From: an uncultured bacterium
GTDB taxonomy: Bacteria; Verrucomicrobiota; Verrucomicrobiia; Limisphaerales; UBA8199
DNA length: 64,000 nt
Direction: 5' to 3'
NCBI GenBank assembly: GCA_963749495.1
Contig: CAVVMW010000008.1
Location: 64,001 to 128,000, forward strand
Position 1 is the stretch's first letter, and every line of letters begins with the position of its first letter. Below, piece after piece: positions 20,291 to 30,674 of this stretch. The notes under the pieces were generated by a model. That model was given only the letters and a program-made list of their open reading frames with translations. It made no database searches and was not told where the DNA came from. A program made the position numbers and the translations under genes.

Positions 20291-21499
20291 ATGCCCTCCA
20301 TCCCCATCATCATGCCCCAACTCGGGGAATCGATTGCCGAGGCGACCGTCATCCGGCTCCTGGTCCAGGCGGGCAACCCGGTCCAGACAGACCAGGACAT
20401 CATCGAAGTGGAAACCTCCAAGGCGACCATGAACGTGGCGGCGCCCTGCCCGGGCCGCGTCGAGAAGTTTCTGATCAACCTCAACGAGAGCTACCCGGTG
20501 GGCGCGGTGCTGGGCTACCTGGAGGCGAGCCGGGAAGACGCCGTCCGGTTGGGCCTGGATGCGCCTGAGCCCGGACCGGAGGCCGAGAGGGCCGCCGGCA
20601 GCCTTGACACCGCCGGCCCCGGCCCCTCTGCCGCCCCCAGGCAAGGCGTTGAGCCCACCGTGCGCGGGCTGCCGGTCCCTGCCAACGCCGCCGGGGCCAG
20701 CTACATGTCGCCCCGAATGAAGGCCCGGATGGTCGAGTTGGGCCTGGGCGCGGCGGACCTGGCGGGTCTGCCCGGCAGCGGCGCCGCCGGGCGGGTGACG
20801 ATCCAGGACTTCGAGAGATTCATCACCAACCTCGAAAGGCACCGGCTCAGCCAGGCCTCCTCCATGCGCGTGGCCGTCGCCGACGCCATGCGGCGCAGTT
20901 GGACGCGGCCCCTGGCGACGGTGGGCAGGCCGGTGTGTTTCGACCCGATCCTCAACCATCGCAAGACCTGCCAACCCAAACCCGGGCCCGCTCTTTATGC
21001 CTTGCGGGCGCTGGCCATTGCCCTGGCCGAGAACAGCGCCCCGGCCGGACGGCTCATCGGCAGCAAAATCGCCCATCCCTCCTCGATTGATGTCGGCTTC
21101 GCGGTCGAGGCCGAGGAGGGCGTGCTGGTGCCGGTCATTCGAAACGCAGACAAGCGCCTGCTCAAGGACCTGGTCAACCGTTATGACGAATTGATCCAAT
21201 TGGCGCACCAGCGCAAGCTGCCGGCTGACGTTACCGGCGGCTCGATCGCCACCGTCACCAACTTCGGCACCTTCGGCCTGACCTGGGCAACGCCCATTCC
21301 GCTGCCCGAGCAGACCCTGGTCCTGGGCCTGGGCGCCGCCCGGCGCGTGCCTAACTGGGACGAACTCCAGGGCCGGTTCGTGCCCGTGATGGAAGCCAAC
21401 TTCACCCTGAGCTTCGACCATCGCGTGCTGGACGGCGGCGCCGCCGGCCGCCTCCTGGCCCGCATCGACCAATTGCTGGCAAGACCCGAGCAGTTGTAA
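20291..21499 (+). CDS. 2-oxoacid dehydrogenase E2 acyltransferase
   Basis: MPQLGESIAEAT, lipoyl VETSKA, GSGAAGRVT, SFDHRVLDG. Confidence 0.92.
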   Translation: MPSIPIIMPQLGESIAEATVIRLLVQAGNPVQTDQDIIEVETSKATMNVAAPCPGRVEKFLINLNESYPVGAVLGYLEASREDAVRLGLDAPEPGPEAERAAGSLDTAGPGPSAAPRQGVEPTVRGLPVPANAAGASYMSPRMKARMVELGLGAADLAGLPGSGAAGRVTIQDFERFITNLERHRLSQASSMRVAVADAMRRSWTRPLATVGRPVCFDPILNHRKTCQPKPGPALYALRALAIALAENSAPAGRLIGSKIAHPSSIDVGFAVEAEEGVLVPVIRNADKRLLKDLVNRYDELIQLAHQRKLPADVTGGSIATVTNFGTFGLTWATPIPLPEQTLVLGLGAARRVPNWDELQGRFVPVMEANFTLSFDHRVLDGGAAGRLLARIDQLLARPEQL

Positions 21500-21511
21500 G
21501 TTGGGGAGGCG

Positions 21512-22165
21512 TCATTTCTGCGCGGCGGCGGCCGGGGCGGGGCCGGCCGCCGGCTTGGCCGGGGGTTTGTAAAGCCCGGCCTTAATGAAGGGCTCGAGGC
21601 AGGCGCCGTAACCGGCCTTCTCCATCTGCTCGACCGGGATGAAGCGCAATGAAGCCGAGTTGATGCAGTAGCGCAGGCCCGTCGGCCCGGGACCGTCGTT
21701 GAAGACATGGCCCAGATGGGAATCGGCCGTCTTGGAGCGGACTTCGATCCGCTGCATGCCGAGAGAGTGGTCGGCCCGCTCCACGGTCTCGAGGGCATCC
21801 AGCGGCCGGCTGAAGCTGGGCCAACCGCAGCCGGAGTCGAACTTGTCGAGCGAGCTGAACAGCGGTTTGCCTGAGACGGTGTCGACATAGAGGCCGGGTT
21901 TCTTCAGGCTGAAATAGGGATTCTGGAAAGGCGGCTCGGTCGCGGCGTGTTGGGTCACCTCGAACTGCATCGGCGTGAGCTTCCTCCTGAGCTCGGCGTC
22001 GGTCGGTTTCTTGAATTTGTGCATAGGGGCATTGGTCGTGGAGGCGGCGGGAGCGGCGCCCGGGGGGGCGGCGCCTGTTTGGGCGAGAGCCCGCACAGAA
22101 CCATTGGAAAGGAACACGGCCAGCGCTGCCGCCGCGGCAACAGGACCTGTTGATTTGACGTTCAC
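21512..22165 (-). CDS. msrB: Peptide-methionine (R)-S-oxide reductase with probable signal peptide
   Basis: [47 protein letters not shown]; hydrophobic Ala-rich N-terminus; start uncertain. Confidence 0.92.
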   Translation of the reverse strand: MNVKSTGPVAAAAALAVFLSNGSVRALAQTGAAPPGAAPAASTTNAPMHKFKKPTDAELRRKLTPMQFEVTQHAATEPPFQNPYFSLKKPGLYVDTVSGKPLFSSLDKFDSGCGWPSFSRPLDALETVERADHSLGMQRIEVRSKTADSHLGHVFNDGPGPTGLRYCINSASLRFIPVEQMEKAGYGACLEPFIKAGLYKPPAKPAAGPAPAAAAQK

Positions 22166-22210
22166 ACACAACAATAGCCCAGCGCCGGGCGGATGCAACG
22201 GGGGTGGAAC

Positions 22211-22268
22211 CAAAATCATGGAGCGCAAAATGATGAAAGGCAAAATCATTGGCGGCAAAATCATTGCC
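22211..22268. repeat. 15-bp tandem repeat x4 (GCAAAATCATTGGCG-like)
   Basis: CAAAAT(C/G)AT units at 15-bp spacing. Confidence 0.8.
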
Positions 22269-22355
22269 GAAGGGACGGCTCAACGGCCTTCCCGGCAGGC
22301 GAGCCTTGCGGGCGCAAGTTAGTTTTTCCAACCCGCTGTCACTGGTCGCCCCTTG

Positions 22356-22502
22356 CCCCTCACCCCGGCCCTCTGCCCGTCGGACGGGGAGAGGGAGCAG
22401 CAAAGCCCGGCTCTCACAAGTTCGAAGGCGCCGGGATTCGTCAACAGACGGGCGGCGGTCCTCCCTCTCCCCATCCGATGGGCAGAGGGCCGGGGTGAGG
22501 GG
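22356..22502. repeat. REP-like palindrome, 42-bp arms
   Basis: CCCCTCACCCCGGCCCTCTGCCCGTCGGACGGGGAGAGGGAG (22356-22397) versus 22461-22502, reverse complement with 2 mismatches. Confidence 0.92.
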
Positions 22503-22519
22503 AAACCCGGCGGCGCGGG

Positions 22520-23901
22520 TCACCCAGGATCTACGTCATAGCCCAATTCGCGGAAGCGCTGGAGTTTGTAGAGGAGGGCACGGCGGCTGATGCCGAGGGC
22601 CTTGGCGGTTTCGGTGCGGTTGAAGTCGTGTTTGCGCAGGGCGGCGAAGATGGCCTGGCGCTCGATCTCGCCCAGGCGCTGGCTGTCGGGCGGTTCGGGG
22701 GCGGGGCCGGGGGCGGGTTCAAGGCCGGCGGCGCGGACCTGGGCGGTCAGGTGCTCGGGCAGGATGAGTTCGCCGCGGGAGAGCAGGGCGGCGCGCTCCA
22801 TGGCGTTGCGCAATTGGCGCACGTTGCCCGGCCAGGAGTAGCGCGGGAGGCAATCGATGACGGCGGAGGAAAAGCGGGCGCGGCCCTGGGTAAACTCCGC
22901 GATAAAGGCGCCGGCTAGCGGGAGGATGTCCTCCGGGCGCTCGCGCAACGGCGGGATGTTCAGCTCGAACACGTTCAGGCGGTAGAAGAGGTCCCCGCGG
23001 AACCTGCCGGCCGCGACCTCCTCTTCCAAGCGCTTGTTGGTGGCGGCCAGGAGGCGGGCGTTGACCCGGATTTCGTTGTTGGAGCCGACGCGGTTGAAGC
23101 GGCCTTCCTGGGTGACGCGCAACAGCTTGGCCTGCAAGGGGGGCGACATGTCCGCTATCTCGTCCAGAAAGATCGTCCCGCCGTCGGCCGCCTCGAAGCG
23201 GCCGGGCTTTTGCCTGAGGGCACCGGTGAAGGCGCCCTTTTCATGGCCGAAGAGTTCGCTCTCCAGGAGGTTTTCCGGGATGGCGGCGCAGTTGACCTTG
23301 ATGAGCGGCCCCGAGGCGCGGCCGCTCCAGGCATGGATGACGTCGGCCACGACCTCCTTGCCCACGCCACTCTCGCCGGTGATGAGGACGCGGCTTTCCG
23401 AAGGGGCGACCAGCGAGGCATCGTGGAAGACGGCCTGCATGAGGGGCTCTGGGCGACAACGTGCGGGGGCAACTGGCGCTGGGCGGTGAACTTGCGCGGG
23501 GCGGCAGTGGCCAGGCCGGTGGCCTGGCGCACGCAGGCCAGCAACTCGTCCAGGTCGATCGGTTTGGCCAGGTAGTCCAGGGCGCCATCGCGCCCGGCGC
23601 CCACCGCCTCGCGGACGTCGGCATAGGCGGTGACCAGGAGGATGGGCAGCCCGGCATGTTCCTGGCGGGCCCGCCGCAGGGTCTCCAGTCCCGAGAGGCC
23701 GGGCATCCGCACGTCGGTGATCATCATGCTGAAGCCGGAGGCGCGCAGGGTCTCCAGGGCCTGCTCGCCGGAGGCGACCGGCACGGTCTCGAATCCCTGG
23801 CTCCGCAGAAACGAATCCAGCAGGCTCCGCTGGCCCGGGTCATCATCGACGATCAGGATGCGGGGGACGCTGGGGCCGTTCTTGCGCGCTTCGGACACCA
23901 T
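22520..23901 (-). CDS. Sigma-54-dependent response regulator (frameshift ~23445)
   Basis: Receiver (ILIVDDD, TDVRMPG, KPID) in one frame; GESGVGKE, GAFTGA, WPGNVRQL and HTH in the next; break lies in a G/C run. Confidence 0.92.
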
Positions 23902-23919
23902 GTATCACCCCGGGTTGGG

Positions 23920-25243
23920 CTAGCGCTCCGACATCGAGCCGGGAGGCGCCTCGATCAACTGGGCATTCTTCTCCAGGAAGTCCATCACTTTGCCGTGCAT
24001 GATCTGGTCATAGACTTCGATTAAGCCGCCGCGCTGGCGGAGGTCCTTGACGAATTTCTCCAACGGAACCCGGTTGGTTGCAGCCAGCCGGAGAAGCCGT
24101 CCGTTGATCTCGTCCTCGGAGACCTTGATGTCCTCTTTCTCGGCTATCTTCTGAATGAGGAAGGCGAGTTTGACGCGTTCCTTGGCATCCTGGGCGGCGG
24201 CGGAGTAGATCTGGTCTTTGTGTTGTTCGATCTGCTCGCGGGAGGCGCCGCGCTGCTGGCTGGCGTGGACCATGCTAAAGACGCGGTGGCGGGTCTCCTG
24301 CGCCACCGAGGCCTCCGGCAACTCGAACTGGACGCGCCCCAGCAGGGCCTGGAGCATCTGGTTGCGGATGCTGGCGCTGCGCTTGTACTGCGAGACCGTT
24401 CTCGAGGTCCTTGCGCACCCCGGCGCGCAATGCCCGGAGGTCCTCCGCCCCGTAGCCCTTGGCGAAGGCATCGTCCAGGGCAGGCAGCATTTTCTCTTTC
24501 ACCTGGACCAGTTCAACGGCATAGACGCCCCGCTTGCCGGCGAGTTGCGCGGTATCGAAATCGGGGGGGAACTCGACAGTGACCGTGCGCTTTTCGCCCG
24601 CCCGGGCGCCCAGGAGTTGCTCGGCAAAGCCCGGGATGAAACCCTTGGCGCCGACCTCGATCCAAAAGTCCTTTTTCTCCGTCAGACCCATGGCGGTCGG
24701 CGCAATTTCGGTGATGGGTTTGCCCTCGCACTGGCCGGTGTAATTCACCACGGCCATGTCGCCGGCGGCCACCGGGCGATCCACGGCAAGGTAAGCGACC
24801 CGCTGCTCGCGCAGCACCTGCAAGGCCCGGTCCACGTCCGCCTCGGTCACCGAGCGGCTCTCGACGCGGGCCGGCAAGCCCTTGTAGTCCGGCAAGGCAA
24901 ATTCCGGCGCCGTCTCCAGCGTGGCGGCATATTGAAAGGGCTGGCCGCGCGCAAACTGGATTTCCTCGATGTCCGGCCGCGCCACCACGTCCAGCTTCTG
25001 CTCCTCGACCGCCTGTTTGTAGGACTGGTCCATGAGCTTGGCTTTGACCTCGTCCTGAATCTCCTTTTGGTACTTGCGCTCGACCATCTCGCGAGGCGCC
25101 TTGCCTGGGCGAAAGCCCGGGAACTTGGCCTTTCGCTGGAAATCCTGGGTCACCCTCTCGAAGGTCTCATCCACCTTCTGGGGCTCGACCTCCACCTTCA
25201 TCAGTTTCTTGCACGGCGCCAAATTCTCTATGGTTACATTCAC
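23920..25243 (-). CDS. tig: Trigger factor (frameshift ~24390)
   Basis: Ribosome-binding GFRPGKAP, FKBP-like FIPGFAEQLLG, C-terminal domain IAEKEDIKVSEDEI in the second frame; GTG start. Confidence 0.93.
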
Positions 25244-25323
25244 AAACAAACCTTTCCGCCACTCGATCGAAAAGTCCAGCGCGCTGGCCGGGCGGCGCAT
25301 CTCACCGCCATGGCCGAAGGACC

Positions 25324-25419
25324 GGAACGCCGGCTTTCAGCCGGCTTAGGGCGCCGCGTGTTCAAGAGACGCACCCAAAGTATCCAGGTCCGCGCAAAGC
25401 GGGCTGAAGCCCGCGCTCC
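25324..25419. repeat. Imperfect REP-like inverted repeat
   Basis: GGAACGCCGGCTTTCAGCCGGC and GCGGGCTGAAGCCCGCGCTCC, each self-palindromic and roughly inverted to each other. Confidence 0.65.
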
Positions 25420-25515
25420 GGGGCCGTGTGCGGATGCGCCCGGAGCCGGCAGACCATATCAAAGCGGGCGGGGCCGTCAACTTGAATAACTGGCGCCTTA
25501 CTCTAGATTATACGC

Positions 25516-26196
25516 ATGAAGAAACCTCGAGAGGTGCCGGTCATGACGCTGCCCAAGGCGACGCTCTTTCCCCAGGCGTTGCTGCCGCTCTATATCTTCG
25601 AGCCGCGTTACCGGCAGATGCTCTCCGACGCGCTGCACTCGACGCGGATGTTGGCGGTGGCGATGCAGCGGCCCGGCAGCACGCGCGAGGTCCCATCCCA
25701 GGTGGCCGGACTGGGCCTCATCCGTGTGGCGGTCCGGCACCGCGACGGCACCTCGCACCTCATCCTTCAGGGCCTGGCGCGCGTCGAGCTGGAGGAACCG
25801 CTCCGCTACAAGCCCTATCGCATCCAGCGCATCCGCCCCCTGGAGACTCCCCCCTGCGACAACCTCAAGGTGGACACCCTGCTGGGCAAGGTCCGCGCTC
25901 TGCTGGAGGAGCGCAATGGCCTGGGCCTGCCGTTCCCCTTCCCGGTCATGGCCCCGGACACCGCCCAGGGCGGCGGTTCGGCCCCGCCTCCGTTCTCGCC
26001 GGAAAAGATCCTCCATTACCTGGATTCACTGACCGACCCGGACCAGGCGGCGGACCTGGTCTCCTGCATGGTCTTGCCGGGGGCGGCGCAACGGCAGACC
26101 ATCCTCGAAACGCTGGACGTCGAGGCGCGGCTGCGGCATCTCATCTATTTTTTGCTCGCCGAAATCCGAACCACACGCAAAGCTAACGGCCCATGA
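25516..26196 (+). CDS. Lon N-terminal substrate-binding domain protein
   Basis: LFPQALLPLYIFEPRYRQM, LILQGLARV, RQTILETLDVEARL. Confidence 0.92.
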   Translation: MKKPREVPVMTLPKATLFPQALLPLYIFEPRYRQMLSDALHSTRMLAVAMQRPGSTREVPSQVAGLGLIRVAVRHRDGTSHLILQGLARVELEEPLRYKPYRIQRIRPLETPPCDNLKVDTLLGKVRALLEERNGLGLPFPFPVMAPDTAQGGGSAPPPFSPEKILHYLDSLTDPDQAADLVSCMVLPGAAQRQTILETLDVEARLRHLIYFLLAEIRTTRKANGP

Positions 26197-26618
26197 GCGA
26201 CCCACAACCATCCCAAGCCGACACGGCCGCCCCCGGCCGCAGCGAGGAACTCTCCGCCCTGTTCGCGCACCTGGTCATGCAGCAATCCAACATGGCCCTG
26301 ATGCTCCTGGGCAAAGCCCCCCACCCCGAGTCGGGCCAGGTCACCCGCGACCTCGAGGCGGCCCAGTTGTTCATCGACCAGTTGGAAATGCTGGAAGTCA
26401 AGACACGGGGCAACCTTGGCAAAGACGAGGCCGCCTTGCTCAAACAGAACCTGATGAACCTGCGGCTGGCCTTTGTCGAGGCCGTCGAGTCGCCTGCCCC
26501 TGCAGGCGCTCCGGGGCAAACGGCCGCCGCCCAAACGCCCCCGGCGCAGACCGCCCCCGCCTCCCCGCCCCCGCCCGCCCAGGAGGAGTCCCGGAAGAAG
26601 TTCACCAAGAAGTATTGA
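26193..26618 (+). CDS. DUF1844 domain protein
   Basis: ALMLLGKAPHP, DLEAAQLFIDQLEML..KTRGNL..DE..LL...L..LRLAFVE. Confidence 0.88.
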   Translation: MSDPQPSQADTAAPGRSEELSALFAHLVMQQSNMALMLLGKAPHPESGQVTRDLEAAQLFIDQLEMLEVKTRGNLGKDEAALLKQNLMNLRLAFVEAVESPAPAGAPGQTAAAQTPPAQTAPASPPPPAQEESRKKFTKKY

Positions 26619-26664
26619 GCCCGGGTAAGGCCTCAGTGAAAGGGGCAGCAGCACCGCGGGCAGA

Positions 26665-26785
26665 CCCCTCACCCCAGCCCTCTCCCCATCGGATGGGGGG
26701 AGGGAGGATCCTCGGTAGCGGCTCGAGGAAGGACAGCCGCGCGGAATTTCAAGAGACTGCCGACGTTTCTCCCTCTCCCCTTCGG
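26665..26785. repeat. REP-like palindrome (same family as 22356-22502) with truncated right arm
   Basis: Full left arm at 26665-26706; right arm stops after CTCCCTCTCCCCTTCGG at ~26785. Confidence 0.8.
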
Positions 26786-28487
26786 GTATCATTCCGAACA
26801 ACGGTTGCCTTAAAATCCCCCGTAATCAGGGTTGTTTCTGGGGTCGGTCTTAACGGGGCTCACATAGTTTAACTTTTCAGGTCCAGGGGAATCGGTGTTT
26901 TTCGGGCCTTTTTGAAGAATAGCCGCCACGGTCGCACCTAAAAATGTCATTGTGTTTGATGAATAACGCCCTGAAATGGCCCAGTCAATCACTTACAATA
27001 ACATTATGGCTACGGACTTAACGCGCGCCGAACAATCCGTCATCCAACAGCTTCGTCGTCTGGGCGTCGCGACCATGCGTGCCTTGCGCCAGCGCGTGCA
27101 TTGCTGCCACATGACCGTGGTGCGGGCCCTGCGCAAAACCGGCTATCACAACAGCTTTAACGCCAACGCCGCTTACTACACCCTGCCCCAAACCCCGGTC
27201 TTCGATGACCACGGCCTGTGGTTCCACCGGCAGATCGGCTTTTCCCGGCACGGCAACCTGCTCCAAACCCTGGCTGCCTTGGTGGCCAAGGCTCCGGCCG
27301 GTTGCACCGTCCCGGAGTTGGAGGCGCAGCTGTCCACGCCCGTGGCCAACCTGCTATGTCGGTTGGGGCGCGAGGGTCGAGTCGGCATTGCTCACCGTGG
27401 CCGCCGCGCCCTGTATTTGGCCGCCGATCCCGCCCAGCAACGCCGCCAACAAGCCCAGCGTCAGACTCAGACGCTGGCGGCGCCGGTCTCGGCGGTGGCG
27501 GCGGGTCCAGTCTTGCCGCCCGGAGTCAGTGCCCTGGAAGTCGTCGCCCTGCTGAGCACGCTCATTCAACATCCGCACGCCCGGGTGCCGACCCTGGTCC
27601 GGCTGCTCCAGAAGCGGGGCGTTGGCCTGAGCCCCAGCCAAATCCGCCTGGCGCAGGCCTTTTATGAGATCAAAAAAAAACGGCACCTTAAGCCTGGCGA
27701 GCCTGGCTCAGGACCTGAGTCGCCAAGCGGCTGAGCAACTGCAATCCCTGGCCCGGCCCTGCGCCTTGCCTACCTATCGGTTTGATGCCCCCGCCCAGTC
27801 TCTTCCCGTGCTCAAGAGCCGCGCCCGTCGCGTGGTCAGTGGGCAGCATGGCCCCTTGGTGGCCGTGGAAGTCATGCGCACCGACCCGGACCACCCGGAG
27901 GCCAAGCCGCAACGTTCGGCGGACTTGGCCCGCCTGGTGCCCGCGCGCTGTTGTTACGCTTTTGACTTGATCGCCCAGGTCGGCCGGCAAGTCTTTCTGG
28001 AAGGGCAGACCTTGGCCCAAGTGCAGCAAGGCCTGGAGTCCCGAACCCCCCCCCACTGCCCATCCCCTTGAGCACCCTGCAAGACTTGAAAATGAAATTC
28101 CTGTTCTACCTGGGCCAACTGCATCGGCAGGCTGCCCCTCAACTCAAGGCCTACCTGCAGCAGCGCGCCCATATCCAGTGGGTGATCAATGGCACTCTGG
28201 AAGCCGGCACCCCCGTCTTCTTTGGCGTCAAGGAAGCGGGCCAAGGCTGGCTGTTGGCCTGTCGGAAAATCCCCACCGAAAATCTCCCGGACATCCAAGC
28301 CGCGCTGCAGGCCACTGCGGCGGATTATGGGGAACCGGCCGAGATCTGGCATGATTTAAGTCCGGTCATGGCCCAGGCTTGTCCGGCCGCTTTGCCCCAA
28401 GTCGCGCACTGGGTGTGTCACTTTCATCTGGGTTGCGACGTAGGGCGGGACCTCTACCAAGCTCCGCAAGCGGCCCTGTTCAAGCGC
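26786..28487 (+). mobile_element. Truncated two-ORF IS-like element with Mutator/IS256-superfamily-like transposase
   Basis: AT-rich left end; ORF1 (27007-27734) HTH-like; ORF2 (27664-28505, frameshift at C9 run ~28050) has WVINGT, WHDLS and CHFH (CxxH) motifs; cut by the next IS. Confidence 0.65.
27007..27734 (+). CDS. IS-associated hypothetical DNA-binding protein (ORF1)
   Basis: MTVVRALRKTGYHNSFNANAAYYTL...FDDHGLW...FSRHGNLLQTL, a pattern I associate with transposase-linked ORFs; ends near an A9 run. Confidence 0.6.
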
Positions 28488-28505
28488 CACGGCTTCGGCG
28501 TTTAG
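27664..28505 (+). pseudogene. Transposase fragment (DDE, CxxH motif), 3'-truncated
   Basis: Two ORF pieces joined at a C9 run; truncated at 28487 by the ISAs1 terminal repeat. Confidence 0.6.
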
Positions 28506-30674
28506 AACGGCCCTTGTCGGGTGGAATCGGGGCGTGAGCGCAGGCGAGGATCTCGTCGCCACAACGGCTCGCGCAGTGTGAATTGCCAGGCTGTTATAGG
28601 AAGGATTTGCTCAGATCCGGGCAGCAATGTGGGAAGCCATAGAAACGTCCGGCATGCAGAGAGACCAGACCGATCAGAGCCGAACCGATGCTCAGACTCA
28701 GGGGAGCACCCCATCAGGTGTTATTGAGCAGAGGACGACCGACCAGGTCGATGGCCAAGCGGCGATCGTTCGTGGCGGCACAGCGAAAGCGTGGCAGATA
28801 GGAGGTGGCTTTGTGCTGGCGGGCAGCATCCAGGGCACAGAGGCCGATGACCAGGTTGCGCAAGGCTCCCAGGTTTTGCGGGCCGTGGCCGGTGCGGACG
28901 GTGCAAGCATCTTCGCCGAAAGTGACATCGCGCACGTAGTGGACCGACTCGATGCTCCAATGGCCACGGCGAAAGGCCTGCAATTGCGCCGCATCCATCT
29001 GCGCATTGGGGCGGCTGCTCAAGACCAGTTCGGCCTCTTCGGTAACGCGAACGGCTTTGAGATGGTGAGTAGTGCGCACGATGACGGCGGCTTGGAGGGC
29101 GTGTGGGAAGCCGCACTGTTGGGGTGTGACTTCAAAGGGCCAGACCTCGCGGGTTTCATGCCGTCCATGGCCTTGGTCAATCGTGATGTGCTCAGGGGGA
29201 AAAAACGCCTTTCGGCGCGTGAGACAGGCGGGCCAGTTTGTCGAAGAGCTTGGGTTGATTGGCTTTGACGACCAGGAGGTAGTCGGCCTTTTTTTCCTCG
29301 ACCACATGGTCGGCGGTGGCGGTCTGAGTATTGAGCGCGTCGGCGCTGACCAAGGTGCCGCGCAGGTCCAAGTCCCGGAGCAGGTCCTTGAGGGTGGGTA
29401 TTTCATTGGTCTTGGCCGGGATTTGGATTTGGCGGCAAAAGAGTTGGGTTTGGGTGTCCAGGGCGCCGAAGAGTTGGATGCCTTGTCCGTTGATTTTGGT
29501 GGCGGTGCGGGCACATTTGCCATCGACGGCCAGTGCGGCGATGCCCGCGTTTTTGAGGTGGGAGCGCAGCCAATCGTTGATCAGCCTGTCCAGTTCCGTC
29601 GGGTCCAGGCGCTGGAGGATTCGGCGGATGGTCGTTTCGCTGGGAGGGATGAACTTGCGGGTCTTGCGGCAACGGCAGGCGCGCAGGCTGCGGAGTTGGT
29701 TTTGGTTGAGGGACTGGGAGAACTCGCCGATATCGATCAGGGAGTTGTTGCCCGCAATCATGGCGGCGGTAGCAATGGCCACAATGGAGGCGACGCGGCG
29801 ATGGCGCCAACCCCGGTAGCGGCGGGGGTCGTGGAGTGGGGCCAGGGCGTGGAGCAAGCTTTGGGTTTGTTTTCCGCTCAAAGGATATTCCTGAGGCGGG
29901 GGCTCTCGGCGATAGGGCGCCCAAGCTGCCGGCATGAGCGGAGCCGAGAGGATCTGGCGGGCGTTGCGGACCAGCGGATACACGAAGATGGCTTTGGGCT
30001 GCTGGTGGAGTTGATAGAAATCCAGGCGGGAGCGTCCCCAGCCTTTGGTCACGCCGATTTCAAACCAATTGGCGGCACGATAACAGGTGCCTTCGAACCG
30101 TTTGGGGTCCACATAGGTTTCGACCAAGGCGATGGGGTGGCCGTAGTGTTCCAGCCAGTCGGCACTGAGGCGCTGGAGGTTGAGGCTCAGGCAGTGGGAA
30201 GCCGGGTTGGGCGAGCGGCCTTTGGGCCTGAGCAGCGCGAAGCGAGCGTTGCAGGCCAGCAGGTGGCGTCCGGCCTGTCGCTGAGCGTCGGTCCAGCCGA
30301 TCCAGGCATCGCGGGGCCGCAGATGGAAGGCGGCGCTGGACCAACCCAACAGGCCGATCCATCGCCCCTTTTTCTTGATCACATAGCCAAGCGACTCGCC
30401 GACCATGCGATGCTCTTTGAGGTAATGGTGTTTTCGGATCAGTTTGTTCCACCGAGCTTCCTCCTCAAGGCTCTTGACCAACTCGACGGTGATCGTCTTA
30501 TCGGTGGTCTCTCGGAGGATTTGGGTGACGAGGTCCTCAGGTTTGGAGGTCCGTTTTATCTGTGCAGGACAAATCATGCCGCCGAGTTTGGCAGCCTCGG
30601 GGGGCTTTGTCCAGTCCCACGTTATATCCAATTGATCAGCAACAACTTACGCAATGATCCGCCGAAGCCGTGGC
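28486..30674 (-). mobile_element. ISAs1-family insertion sequence with 15-bp perfect terminal inverted repeats
   Basis: GCCACGGCTTCGGCG (28486-28500) and CGCCGAAGCCGTGGC (30660-30674) bracket the transposase. Confidence 0.9.
28714..30577 (-). CDS. DUF4338 (DruA-like) domain fused to ISAs1 transposase; split at TTTTTTCCCCC (29195-29205)
   Basis: HHYL, RDAWIGW, NARF, VETYVDP..F.GTCYRAANW (DUF4338); DPRR..G.RH, AVDGK, KTNEIP, VSADALNTQ, VKANQP; then HGRHETR, RGHWSIE..HYVRDVTFGED. Confidence 0.9.

Noticed and set aside
25244..25515. tRNA upstream of tig
   Set aside because: No cloverleaf or T-loop GTTCRA motif found; the region holds REP-like palindromes. I recognised no tRNA or rRNA in the window
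29900..30577. Druantia defence system
   Set aside because: Only a DUF4338 domain fused to a transposase inside IS ends; no DruE helicase or other dru genes
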